The notes beneath the pieces are model-generated. The model saw nothing but the letters and a program-made list of their open reading frames with translations. It had not been told where the DNA came from and made no database searches. Below, piece by piece: positions 12,488 to 24,186 of a stretch of 64,000 nt of DNA (positions within the stretch are counted from its first letter, which is position 1; the number at the start of each line of letters is the position of its first letter). The position numbers and the translations under genes are program-made. The DNA is from Psammoneis japonica (Eukaryota). The stretch is taken from positions 235,958 to 299,957 of the forward strand of contig QPGO01000098.1 in assembly GCA_008632985.1 (NCBI GenBank), in the 5' to 3' direction.

Positions 12488-12596
12488 ACGCGGTCGTCGA
12501 ACGTTGGCGGCAAAAATGAGCTAACATTGTCGTACATGTAGAATTATACACAAATGTCATACGAAGTGTCGGAGGGAGAAATTGGCCAAAGCGTGG
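12488..12596. repeat. Third copy of a ~110-bp non-coding segment that begins duplication copies A and B
   Basis: gtcgtcgaacg..gagctaacattgtcgtacatgtagaattatacacaaatgtcatac..gggagaaatt; also at ~2640-2735 and ~8758-8862. Confidence 0.85.
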
Positions 12597-12830
12597 GCGT
12601 GCGTAACATCACGACGCGACACGTCACCACCAAGAATGGGCGCGGCCGCGTCGTCGTCGCAACTGGTCGCAACAACACAGCAACCCTGAGATGATATCGC
12701 AAAGCGACGTGGGAGAAAGGCCCGTCATTGCGTGTGCCTGATACGCTTTTTGTACAGTACGAATACGTACTTTTGTCGAAGCAGCTCTCTCGCGGGTTAA
12801 CAGCTGAAAGAGACTTGCAGCAAACACACA

Positions 12831-14146
12831 ATGATGAAGTTTTCTCGAGTAGTACATGCCGCTTTTCTGTCAGTTTTATTTCCGCTTGTTGCAAAACCAT
12901 GCTACAGTCTTGTTGCTCCATGGTCGGGAGGAGGCGCAGCAACAAGTCGAAATATTATTCCAAAAGACTGCAACGTATTGATATTGCCCGGATTTGGAAA
13001 TGACTCGTCAGATTATACCATGCCGGGTTCGCTCGTGTCGTCGTTGCAAAAACGTGGCTGGGCACCGGATCAGATTCGAGTCCTAAAAGTGGAACGAAGA
13101 GATTGGTTGCAAGTGTTTTTGCGGGGTGCGTTTGATTTGCAATTTTGGTTGGCCAATGCGGCTCCGACACGACCGGCCTTTGAATGGTATCTGAGTAGAG
13201 TGGTTGAAGAAATTAAACAAAGTCAAGAGGCCAACAGAAATGTGCTCTTGGTTGGTCACTCGGCGGGAGGTTGGCTTGCACGGTGCGTGTAGCAACAAGA
13301 CATCATGATGGATGGCAATTTTGTGTCAAAGGTTTCTGATATGCGATAGTTTCTTATTTCGTTTTGCAATCCTATTGCAGGGCCGCAGTGGGATATGGGA
13401 GTAATGCAAGCAATTCCGAGTTGCAAGAAGATGATGAATCGTCCACAGCGCCCGTGAATCTTGATAAAGTGCTGGGAATAGTAACTCTGGGAGCGCCAAA
13501 CCTTCCTCCACCACCAGGAGTCATGGATATGACAAGAGGAGCTTTGAGGTTCGTCGAAATGAAAGAGAAGCGACTCATTTGAACAATCGATTGATCATCC
13601 GTACAGTCTCAACCAACCTCACCATTTTTGTTTTAATTTTTTCAGAATCACAAATGAAGATTTTCCTGGGGCATTTCATGCACCATCTACCTTTTACGTG
13701 ACTGTCATTGGTGAAGCTGTAAAGGGTAAGGAGCAACAGCGATCGTCGCCCTTGGAACCCACCACTGTGGATGGATTTGCCTTTCAGTCCTACCAGGCTG
13801 TGTGCGGTGACGGCAATACCATTGGTGACGGCGTGGTTCCAATGTGCGCGGCACACATTGACGATTCCATTCAAGTGAGTTTTCATATTATTTTGCTATT
13901 GATTCATTCTATGCATGGCTAATTGCGTACCGTTCTGCGTGTCCTTTGCTTCTAACCCTAACCTTTTTACAGCTCGATTTGCGGGGTGTCTTTCACTCCA
14001 TCAACAAACCAGACCAATGGTATGGGTCCGACAGCATTCTCGATCAATGGCATGATTGTGTCTTGGGGGAACTAGAAAAGAAAAAGGGTACAAGCGCCGG
14101 TGTCCCAAACCTCTTGGAGTGGTTTCAGCCTTCAAGGCAACAATGA
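12831..14146 (+). CDS. Alpha/beta hydrolase (PGAP1/lipase-like), multi-exon
   Basis: ILPGFGN, nucleophile GHSAGG, VTLGAP, GDGVVP and GVFHS motifs spread over exons; introns approximately 13283-13380, 13549-13646 and 13875-13972; signal peptide. Confidence 0.85.
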
Positions 14147-14419
14147 CATGCGAGGTTATACTCTCAAATTAGATTTGTTAATAAAGAACATTACGCAAAG
14201 ATAAAATCGACTATTTTGTATGACTAGAGTGCATGCTTTTTACGTTTACCAAATCACATCATAGTATGCTAGCTAGCTAGCATCTCTCTACTAGTAGTAG
14301 AGCCTCTTCCTCAGTCGTCCCCCAGCTACCAACGAAGCTGAGCAAATTGAAAAAACAGTCAACAACATGGACACGAGGTCGACCCAAGCTAAAAAAATCG
14401 ACATAAGATCGCGATCTTT

Positions 14420-15809
14420 TTTTGAAAGAAACATCAAGCGGCGGGCGCATCACTTCCCATTGTTGCGTTCTTGTTGCCCGGTCCCAAGATGAGCAAGTCA
14501 CTTCGTCTTCTGTCTTGCATTCACCTCTTTTGCGTAGCAGTATTTATACTCTGCACAAGAGCATGTGGAGTATTTCTATTGACGTCCAACATGAGCGCCG
14601 ACGTACACGCTATTCCCGCCACCATCGTCACCTGTCGGATCAGTGGATTCAGAAAAACCTCATAGAAAAGACGACTCACCAAGCCCCATGTCCCTGCAAC
14701 GACGTATCCTTATGCAAAACCATTCATGGCCCACCGATTCGTCCAAAGAGTGAAGTGTTTGGGTTTCTTAATAACATCAACCACACGGGATTTTTCAACT
14801 GGACGTACGTGAGCACGGTTGCTTGGGCATCCGAGGATTCCATCATGTGCGAGGCACACGCACACCAATTCGTGCCGTGCTTGCGGCACCAACCATCGAT
14901 TTAGTTAACTACAAGATGCGCAAGCACGACGAGATTGGGTTCAAAACGCTCTGACAATGGTTCAGTCTCGATATCGAGACGGATTGGTGTTTGATTATGA
15001 AGAACCAATTTCTGCGGGTTCGCCTCTGGCAACGATTTACACGCGTCTTGTTCAGGAAACGACTGCAACCTTTCACGCGGCAAATCCATCCTTGCAAATT
15101 ACAGTCTGTGTTGCATGGTCACCCGACGGTATTGATCGGCGCAACTACCATACAGCAATTGGCAGACGCTTCGGATGCGCTTTACGTGATGGACTATGAC
15201 ACGCAGAGTCAAATCTTCAATGGAGCGTGTCTGGCTAGTGCCAATGCACCCTTCTTTGGAATGGTTTATGGATTACAGCGGTACCTTGATTTAGGAATTG
15301 ACCCGTCCAAACTGATTCTGGGCGTCCCTTGGTATGGATACCGCTATCCATGTGAAAACGAGACAAGCCTCCAGTCTCGCTATTGTCCAATCAAGCAAGT
15401 ACCCTTTCGTGGCATCAATTGCAGTGATGCAGCAGGTTCAGAAATTTCCGTCTTGAGCATTCATCGAATTGGTAGGCAAGACAATGCATCGGTAACTGGT
15501 CGGGACGAGTACATGGACGCATCTTTTATGAATACCAAAGAGGAAGATACCCTGATTCAATACTGGTTCGACGATGTGACATCCCTTCAAAACAAGTTTA
15601 CGTATGCCGCAAAGGTGGGACTTGGTGGCATTGGACCGTACTCATTTGATGATTTGAACTATGCCGTGTTGGATCCCCAAGGTTTCCAATATGCAGCAAA
15701 CATTTGGAGGACTTTTGAGGCGTTCTTTCGTCAAGAGCGAGAGAATAGTGTGGACGAGAAAGAGACAGCGTATGATTCAAAGTATGGAAGGTCGACTCAA
15801 TCTCTCTAG
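14420..15809 (+). CDS. GH18 di-N-acetylchitobiase-like protein (apparent frameshifts; start uncertain)
   Basis: CPCNDVSLC, EVFGF..NWTYVSTVAW, MCEAH; catalytic DGLVFDYE; VMDYDTQSQIF, LILGVPWYGY, PFRGINCSDAAG, WFDD; frame changes near 14870, 14940 and 15150. Confidence 0.85.
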
Positions 15810-15833
15810 GAGAGTGAGGATTATTCATACTAT

Positions 15834-16311
15834 CTAATCCAAAGTCTGCCGGGCTCTAGCTTTCCAGGCGAAAACATGAATGGGCGGAGATTTAGACAGC
15901 CATTCAGAACAACCATCGTTTTGGTGTACCGTGCTTCGGGGGCGCATTCCCGCGCTCGTCGTCCAGACACGTGAAACTTTAACATATGCCAGAGGTACAA
16001 TCGATGAAACACCGCCAATACAAGCGTCTTTCAGAAGAACGTCGCAAATGCCTTGCTGCTGCGATAAAAGATGTAACCGAACATCTTCCAAACGAGCGTG
16101 AGTCTCTGTGAATATTGACACTTGGGCCGCTCGGAAATCGAATAAAAACCATTGTTTGTTGGTTGATGTTTCTCGAACTTGTGGATGCGATTGTAGCCGA
16201 AATATGTCTTCGAGAGTCAAAGTGCACCATTTGGGGATATAGTATGCGTACTCCCGAGCCCACGAAAAGCAACATCACAAACGTAAAGACTAAATTGCAT
16301 CGAGTTACCAA
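15834..16311 (-). pseudogene. Possible truncated 5' part of a type II membrane (glycosyltransferase-like) gene
   Basis: N-terminal TM segment followed by a frameshifted ORF ending in PIHVFAWK; lies between the chitobiase 3' end and its duplicate; weak assignment. Confidence 0.3.
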
Positions 16312-16327
16312 ATTGGACTCAGCACTC

Positions 16328-16720
16328 TGTGAAACCGAGACAAGCCTCCAGCCTCGCTATTGTCCAATCAAGCAAGTACACTTTCGTGGCATGCAGTGAT
16401 GCCGCAGGATTGGAAAGTGTCGTCTTGAGGATATTCATCCAATTGGGAGACAGGACAATACATCGGTCATGGTCAGAAAGGTGGAACTCGGTGGTATTGG
16501 ACCGTGCTCATTAAATGATTTGAAATATGCCGTGCATGATGCACAAGGCTTCCAGTATGCAGAAATCTCGTCGAGAGTAAGAGAATATTGTAGACGAGAA
16601 AGAGCACGTAAGTCAAATATACCTACCAAAAAATAGGCGAGTAACTATAGTAGTAGCTACTAGTCGGATGTTTTCTAAGCTAAGGATTATTCATACTATC
16701 TAATCCAAAGTCTACCGGGT
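16328..16720 (+). repeat. Partial, internally deleted duplicate of the chitobiase 3' end
   Basis: Matches 15352-15852 (gagacaagcctccag..tattgtccaatcaagcaagtac; aggattattcatactatctaatccaaagtct). Confidence 0.9.
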
Positions 16721-16797
16721 TTTATCATATATATCTTGTAGGGTTTTGTTCAAAGCTAGCTAGCTCATTTGCATTCCTCGTGGCTATGAACTGCATT

Positions 16798-17908
16798 TTA
16801 CGCCACCATTGCTGCTTGAGCGGCCATGACGACGTCCGACGGACTCGAAGACCAGGCGTCCCAATTGTCAACGACATAGAACCAACCCACATTGTCCGCC
16901 AAGCCAAGATTAATCGATGTTTCGGTCGCATCCGCGTTGGGCTCTGCGCCATAAATCAACACGGCACTCTGTTCTGGAAGGATTGAACCATTTTCCATGA
17001 CAGCCTTGAGGGGCTCGATCCCGTCCCAGTTGGGAACGTACGGGCACCACACGCCCCGGGAGAAGGATCCTTGCGCTGGAGACCACAGCCCCAGACGCAT
17101 TTTCACGCTGAAAGGTCCACTGCGTGTTTTCAAAGACAACCGCAATGACTTTTGGGTTTTGATAGTAAGGTACCATGATATCTTCAAAGTACGCTGTGCC
17201 AGGATTGAGAATGGCTCTGTTGGATGAAAGGGATTTTGGGAGAGATCGTGAGAATCTGAGAGCAACGAATCAAGTAATAAGTGGCCGCTCACATACCGGT
17301 CGTAGCCCTTGTCGTCAAGGGTATAGTTCACCACTTCTTGGTAGAATGAAGTGACTTGTTGGAGAGAATCCCAAGACGCCAGCCACCGGTTGCTTACTTC
17401 GTCAATGAATATCCCATCGACATTGTACTCATCTTCCCACCTGTCAATGTCTGCCTTTACGTCCTCCTCACCACGATAACCATAAATGTTTGGATATCCA
17501 AGCTTTGTATGGACATAACCAACAACTTCGACATTGTTTTCCTTCAAGTACGCGATACAAGTGTCGTAGGATAGCTTCTTCCAAGCATCTCCACTGTAGT
17601 CGGGCCCATTGTTTGGATTAACTATAGCAATGGTGTTGTTGGATGCTTCACTCGTTGCAATCTTTTGCCACTGTGCATTCAATTTCACAAGAAGAAGAGC
17701 GTGGTAATGTCAGTTACGAAACAAGAAACGTTCGAAAAAAAGCGTTACGAGCTATACTCACGTGCGGGCTATCACATTCATAGTCACCTTCTGTGCCTTG
17801 TGCGGTGATTGTCGGCCACGAATACAACGGAACAAGAAGACCCGCGCCCGATGCCACGGGCATTGCAAACAACGCCAACACCAAGGATTTGATAATATCT
17901 TTCTTCAT
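16798..17908 (-). CDS. Spherulation-specific family 4 (spherulin-4) protein, multi-exon
   Basis: Signal peptide, LLVPLYSWP, IAIVNPNNGP, VVGYVHT, VDGIFIDEV, VVFEN, VGWFYV; introns near 17672-17760 and 17217-17296. Confidence 0.85.
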
Positions 17909-19168
17909 GATGAAGACCGCCACGAAAGATATTGCACAAAGTTTCGGATGGCAATAAGATGGACCGAATCTACAAGAGTGCAGTGCGGAAATTTCTTGGG
18001 ACATGACTCGCGACCAGCGGATGTTAGCTCAACTAGGGAATGAACGAAAGTTCCTTGGCGGCGACTCGGGAATCAGTGACAGTGACACTGCCCAAGATTG
18101 GTACTGCCCCCTCGTTGACACGAAACATCAACTCAAGAACCGCCCGGCAAGAGCCTAGAAAACAAGATTGCCAGTTTACGACAGCTTTCGCAACATGCAG
18201 TGCTTTTCCCCTTTCAGCTGCCTGGCAGCAAACTCAAATAATGATCCGTCTTTCTTCAAACCAGTTCGCCTCAATTTTCGGATGTCATGGTCACGTGCTG
18301 ATGTCCCACAATGACCGGTGTCAGATTTGTCATTGTATCATACGAATGGCCACGTAGTCATCGCTCACATTGGACACGACTCAATCTGCGATGCCTCAAC
18401 CTGTTTTGCACTTACAAGTCGGCTCGCGCAAAATGCATGTGTTTAGAATTTCAAAAATTTATGCAACTCAAAAGATTTGAAGGTGTGTAATAACGGTCGT
18501 GATTTAATCACGACTCAACTCACTATCCAAGGAAACCTATTTCGTCGCGGGAAAGTTCGGCGAATAAATGTGTTTAGCCGTTACAATGGCAGGAATGGGT
18601 TGCCTATTTATGGGTTAGTAAAGCGCCACCACATACTTATATACATAAATATACATTATTTATTCATGAATCTAGCGACGCGTCAGCAGTCCCGTTTGAG
18701 TAGAGTTCTACGTATGCCCCAGTACTCAAGATTTCGCGCGAGCGTTTTCGATTTCATCGGGAGCCAAAATCCAAAGCGGGCACTTCCCACGTGGTTGCGC
18801 GATCTCGTCCGTTGACGGCCCCATTTGCATGGGAACGACTCCGCGTATGGATGATAACACCTCTTCACGTTTTAGCTTGACCACAAACAGTACTTTAACT
18901 GTTGCGACAGGAGTCCCGCGATCACCTTCGAACTAGACTTTTTTGCGTGTGGACACATTTTAGCGTTCTTTATCGATCGTGTGTGAAACCAATTGAAATT
19001 ATATATACAAAGAGCAAATCAGCGTGTTGACGCAGCGTGCCAATTCAGAGCGAGCCAATCGAGAGAGTTTGTGTGTATAACACTCATAATATTATCGTGT
19101 GAAGCCCATGAAAAACATCAGAGGTGACGGTGAAACAATAACAACAAATTACTCTGTGTGTAAGTAAA

Positions 19169-21901
19169 ATGCCCACTCAGACCCCGGACTCCTCTTGGAC
19201 ATGTGACTACTGTGGAGTTGGTGGCTTTCGATCGTTGGAGGAAGCCAAGGCACATGAAACAGAATGTGCATCACGAAAGCGACCACGAAATCGGATTGTT
19301 TTGTTAGAGCTCGGGGCACCTCATGGTTTGACTTCTGCCGATGCGGTGGCGTGCCAATCGCTCGAAGTGGTTGAAACCACCAATCAGGAGCAGGCGTCAG
19401 CGTCTTCTGATCGGTTGGGGCTTCAATGTGTGCATTGTGTACAGAGCTCTGCGACGAATGCCACAGCCTTTCCAGAAGGTATCGACACGATGGCGTCAAC
19501 TGTCAGAATGCTTGCGGATCAACATATACAGTCATGTCCTATGGCACCACCGGGGGTACAGGAAGCGCTGACGCAACCTAGCAGCAGTCACGTGGGGCCT
19601 CTCGAGGAATATTGTGACCAATTTTGTAGACTCAATGGGATTATCAATCGATTTCCACCAAAGTCGGGGATTTGCTTTGGGGAAGGTGGAATGATGATGC
19701 CACCGCAACTTGACGCTATTGCAGCAACACCGCTCGCTAGACGAACTAAGGATCAGCCGGGAACGCCTTTTGAGGATCCAGCATACTCGGGCGGCGGATA
19801 CTCACACGGATACTCACAAGGGACTCCTTATGGGGAACAGCTACAACAGAATATGCCTTTTGGACAAGACCCCAGTGCTACCCCCGGGCAGGCAAGTGTC
19901 GCATCTTTCGAGGGGTCTGAGCAACAGCAAGGAACACCACAAGACGCTAGTACGCCGCATCATCATCCAGGAGGTTATGGCATGCCTCCATACGATGCAC
20001 CGCCGCACCAACAGCATATTCAGCCACCACCCAATATGCTTCCATTCTTTCAAGAACCTAACGGGGCATGGAACTGCCGCTACTGTTACAACATACATCC
20101 AAATTTTCGAGATCCGGGTTCAGTCTGGCTTACACACAATAATGCTCCCCCGCCAGCAAATTACATTGATCAGCACTTGAGCAGGTGTCCGTCCTACGGC
20201 CAGGCTAGACAACACCCACCCATGCCGCCTCCACCACACCAGCAAGGACAACCATGGGGTGGTCCTCCGCCATACTATCCACAACAAGGAATGCCTCCTC
20301 AAGCACCACCTCCACCATACGGACAAGATACTGGTTGGAATGCACCACCGGGAATGCCCTATCCAGGGCCACCGCCACAGGAACCACAGGGGGGTTATCC
20401 TTATCCGGAACACGGGGGCGGAATGCCGGGTCCTCATGAACCTATTCCCGGCGGTCCGCCACAACTTTCGGGACCACCACCACCACTGCCGCCGCCACCA
20501 TCAACACCGCGAATACCCGCACCACCTACCGATGCTGCGGTGCGTGCCGCCACGGATCTCTTGATGACGTCGGAGCAAAGGTTGGCCACTGATACCGAGG
20601 AGCCGTTGACGTTGGAGGAGGACAAGTTGCTCTTGACGGACTATTTTTTCCACTTGATGAGGCAGTTGCGTATCTGTCATTTTTGCGAGTCGGACCGAAA
20701 GACCCGAGGAGGCAAACGCGAAAACATCAAGATTGGCTATGGTGGATTGCAATGTGTTCACTGTGTCGATGCTCCCAATGCCCGTAAGTTTTACTGGAGC
20801 AGTGTTGATCGACTCGCCAACTCGTTTGCCGAAATTCCTGGTCACGTGTTTAAGTGTCGGAGATGTCCCACTCCAACCAAGAACGCCTTGATGGAGTTGA
20901 AGCGGAAGCACCCAGAACAAATGGCACGGTTGCCGCGAGGATCACAAAAGGTGTTTTTTCGACGCATGTGGAGACGATTGCATCCCCTTGAAGGGGGGCT
21001 GGACCAAGCTCCTCTTGCGGCGGAGGCTGCGATCCTCGCTCAGGCGCAGCTACCTCCGGCGGAACTACCCCAGGAAATCCATGGCACCGCCAGGAGGGAT
21101 TTGCCGCCCGTTGAAACAACTCACTCTTCTCCTGGAACGAGTGGTGACGATTCATCTATTGTGGTGCAACGATCTACTGCAGAAGCAGCTAAGGCTCTGG
21201 CCGCCTCCATGAGTGATCCACCTTCTCCGTCCTCGCGGATTCTACTTTCTATTCCGGAAGATAAGGAGTGGTTGTCGGATATGGATTGTTTCATTCGACG
21301 CAATATGGAAGTGTTTTGTGCACTGGAAGAGGACGTGGAGATTGCGAAGTCTGATCGAAAGTATCCAGTGAGTGTCGGACAGGTGGGAATTCGTTGCGTT
21401 CACTGTGCTGTTTCCAAGACGGGCGTGGCTGCCAGAGGAAGTGCGGTAGCGTATCCATATTCTATCAGTGGCATTTATGAATCGGTCCGGGAGTTTCACA
21501 AGCTTCATTTGGAGTCCTGCCCCAACCTTCCAAAGAACGTCAAGGACAAGCTTGACAGCCTCAAGGGATCCACATCTCTCACTTCTGTCCTTCGAAAGTA
21601 CTATGTTCTTGCTGCCAAAGCATTGGGATTGTATGACACGGCGGAAGGGATTCGAGCGGGTGCCGAATCCGCCCCTTTGGGCGCCAGTGCAGCTTTTGCC
21701 TTTTCGGATACTCCATCAGTCTCACAGCAAATGAGTGCCGGAATGACGCCTGGAGGCAGTGGAGTGGGATTTATGGATTCGAGTGGTCCAATGATTACGC
21801 CACTGGAGAGTCGGAAACGTAAGAATCCGCCCATGTCTGGCGGTGATGATTCAGCCAAACAGCCTCGTCGAGACGACGATGACGACGAGACAGACTCATA
21901 A
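19169..21901 (+). CDS. 910-aa diatom-type protein with three repeated Cys/His domains and a Pro/Gln-rich linker
   Basis: Long intact ORF; GLQCVHC, GLQCVHC and GIRCVHC, each followed by H...CP; N-terminal CDYC..HETEC finger. Confidence 0.9.
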   Translation: MPTQTPDSSWTCDYCGVGGFRSLEEAKAHETECASRKRPRNRIVLLELGAPHGLTSADAVACQSLEVVETTNQEQASASSDRLGLQCVHCVQSSATNATAFPEGIDTMASTVRMLADQHIQSCPMAPPGVQEALTQPSSSHVGPLEEYCDQFCRLNGIINRFPPKSGICFGEGGMMMPPQLDAIAATPLARRTKDQPGTPFEDPAYSGGGYSHGYSQGTPYGEQLQQNMPFGQDPSATPGQASVASFEGSEQQQGTPQDASTPHHHPGGYGMPPYDAPPHQQHIQPPPNMLPFFQEPNGAWNCRYCYNIHPNFRDPGSVWLTHNNAPPPANYIDQHLSRCPSYGQARQHPPMPPPPHQQGQPWGGPPPYYPQQGMPPQAPPPPYGQDTGWNAPPGMPYPGPPPQEPQGGYPYPEHGGGMPGPHEPIPGGPPQLSGPPPPLPPPPSTPRIPAPPTDAAVRAATDLLMTSEQRLATDTEEPLTLEEDKLLLTDYFFHLMRQLRICHFCESDRKTRGGKRENIKIGYGGLQCVHCVDAPNARKFYWSSVDRLANSFAEIPGHVFKCRRCPTPTKNALMELKRKHPEQMARLPRGSQKVFFRRMWRRLHPLEGGLDQAPLAAEAAILAQAQLPPAELPQEIHGTARRDLPPVETTHSSPGTSGDDSSIVVQRSTAEAAKALAASMSDPPSPSSRILLSIPEDKEWLSDMDCFIRRNMEVFCALEEDVEIAKSDRKYPVSVGQVGIRCVHCAVSKTGVAARGSAVAYPYSISGIYESVREFHKLHLESCPNLPKNVKDKLDSLKGSTSLTSVLRKYYVLAAKALGLYDTAEGIRAGAESAPLGASAAFAFSDTPSVSQQMSAGMTPGGSGVGFMDSSGPMITPLESRKRKNPPMSGGDDSAKQPRRDDDDDETDS

Positions 21902-22076
21902 CAACTGGGAATACTATAACTAATAAGGTGGGTCGTGAAGCAGTTCTATCTGGGAAACTGGACTGTTTCATATCACCTTTCTTATAACACAATATTATAG
22001 AGCAACAAAAGAGTCGAATGAGCCGCTTGTAGTGTTTTTGTTTTTGATTCGTTGATGCTCCTTTGTTATCGTGTTG

Positions 22077-22569
22077 TTACGCTGCTTCTGCGTGACCGCC
22101 GCCGGGACTCCGTTTACTAGCCTTCTCTAGCTCCACGGTCATTTCAAATAAGCTCACATCTCCCTCCGCATTGACTTGGAATTGTACCGGACGATTCTTT
22201 GCAATATTTATGTGTTTCTGAAGCAGACAGAAACAATAGTGTTAGCATGCATATTATTTGAAGATAGTGAGAATCCGCTATGATTCCCCCCGTTGATGGC
22301 TCGACTAGGCCTAGCTCTGCAATCCAAGAGCACACTATCGTAAGCTTTTTTTTGTTTCTTTTACACACCCACCTGCACAACACCATGACGTCTCGTTGTA
22401 GTAGCTCCATGTCTACACCTGCAAGCAACTCCGATCCTCGCTGCGAAGCTAAAATAACACTCAGCCGATCCTTGGCTACCGATCGAGTCGGCGTCACTCC
22501 AGAACCTGCCAACCCCTTAGCATTAGGGCTTCTACTCAACATGGAACCAATCTTTTGTATCAAAGTCAT
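22077..22569 (-). CDS. minE: MinE (division topological specificity factor), 2 exons
   Basis: SVAKDRLSVILASQR...LLQRDVM, then after intron 22218-22372 KHINIAKNRPVQFQV...LFEMTVEL; needs a 1-nt correction near 22383. Confidence 0.8.
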
Positions 22570-23266
22570 TTGTTTTGTATAATTCGTTTCGCTTTCAGGG
22601 AATGCGGTGAGCCTATAGAGTGCGATGCCGTCGCTTAGTCTATGTTGGGCACATCAAGGTCTTGGTGTGCTTTTGTCAACGTTCAACGAACAAGCTGTCG
22701 GTCGCAGCATGTGTAATTTTCGAATATCGTCCCCCCCTTTTGAACGCGAAATCTTGTACTTCGAACCGTATGTACGTTTTGTATTGGATATTCATGTGGA
22801 GGGGGGATAGCGGCGTCGTGATGTGTACTCCGGCCGGAGGACAGAACACGAGCAAAGCTCATGCTCGCGGCTTCGCTTGCATGCTGGCTGTAACACGATA
22901 CGAGGACGAGGAGACTTCTTTACTAAAGAGTAGAAGTACTCTAGGAACTTGAAGGTGTAGTTTCCTTAGACTACACCCGATGGAAGGAAAGAATGAAGAA
23001 CCTTTTATCCTCTACACTACTGTACTAATCGTCTGAAAATAGAGCGTTGTTAGGTCGGCGACAAAATCATGAAAGCCTTCGCCGTGCAAACCTCTGGAGA
23101 CGAAATTGAGCACGGAAAGATAGGTATGCTGTAATTATTTCGACTGGATAGAGAACATCGGCATGATGATCACCTCATGATAACGGACTTTCATAAAGTA
23201 ACAAACTGTGAGTGAGTTCAAGGAGATTGTTAGAAAATAGCTAGTACTATCGATTTTTTCTAAAAT

Positions 23267-24186
23267 CTAGCCGCCTTCTCGTATATACGTCCATTTCACG
23301 TAGCCAGGTTTGAACCTCTTACAATCGGGGGAACCGGGATGGAACTCAGACACACAAATCATAGTGTCATTGACGAGGTATCGGGTGGTTTCAAACTCAC
23401 CCCCACAAACTCGAGGCTTTCCTCGAAGCCTTGACTTGTGTATTGTCCCTCATCTTCCCACCACGCCTCGACTTGTACAGGATCGCCATCTGGGTCCTTG
23501 AATGTAACATTGAACGGCTCAAAGTCAGCACTATCAAAGTCCGACCCGGATGATACGAGTGTTCGCTCCCAGACACCGGCAGGGCTTACCCCTCGAATGA
23601 CCAGCTCACGTCCGTCCTGCTCGTGATAAAATTCTTCCTTGGTAAGTCCAATGACTGACAAAACTAGTTGCCGGAATGCAAATGGCTGACTGCTGTTTCG
23701 AAGATATTCATCATATTGTTTCTTGAATTCAGGTGTAACGACTGGTTTCCACTTGCCTGTAAAGTCCACTTGGCTTGACGATACAGCCCATCTAGTGCCT
23801 TTTGGTTTGGTGCTGTGTTGAGATTTTCTCTTGAGAGTTTGGTGACCCCCTGCTTCAGTCGTCACATTCTTATGTGGTTCATCCAAGATGGTAGGAGTAG
23901 ACTTTGTCGTGATTGGCGACAGGAAACGTAAAAGGAATCGCAGTACGGGATTGCTACTAGTAGTACTTTGCTTCTCATCTTTCTTGTTGGCGACCTTCTT
24001 GTCTGGACGACTGCGAAATTTTGGAAACAGAGGATACTTCTTCGCTCCAAACAAAACCGAGCTTGTTCGACACGGAGATTGATGATTGTACCGAAATGAT
24101 GTTTGCAGATTTATTCTCAAACAAAAGGCATTGCATGATAAATCTAGAGAATTCAACATTGTGAAGCAAAAGATTTGAACAAACAT
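23267..24186 (-). CDS. Hypothetical protein, probably plastid-targeted, with a calycin/FABP-like C-terminal domain
   Basis: Signal peptide ending SCNAF; VDFTGKWK..YDEYL domain; apparent frameshift near 23440; start uncertain. Confidence 0.6.
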
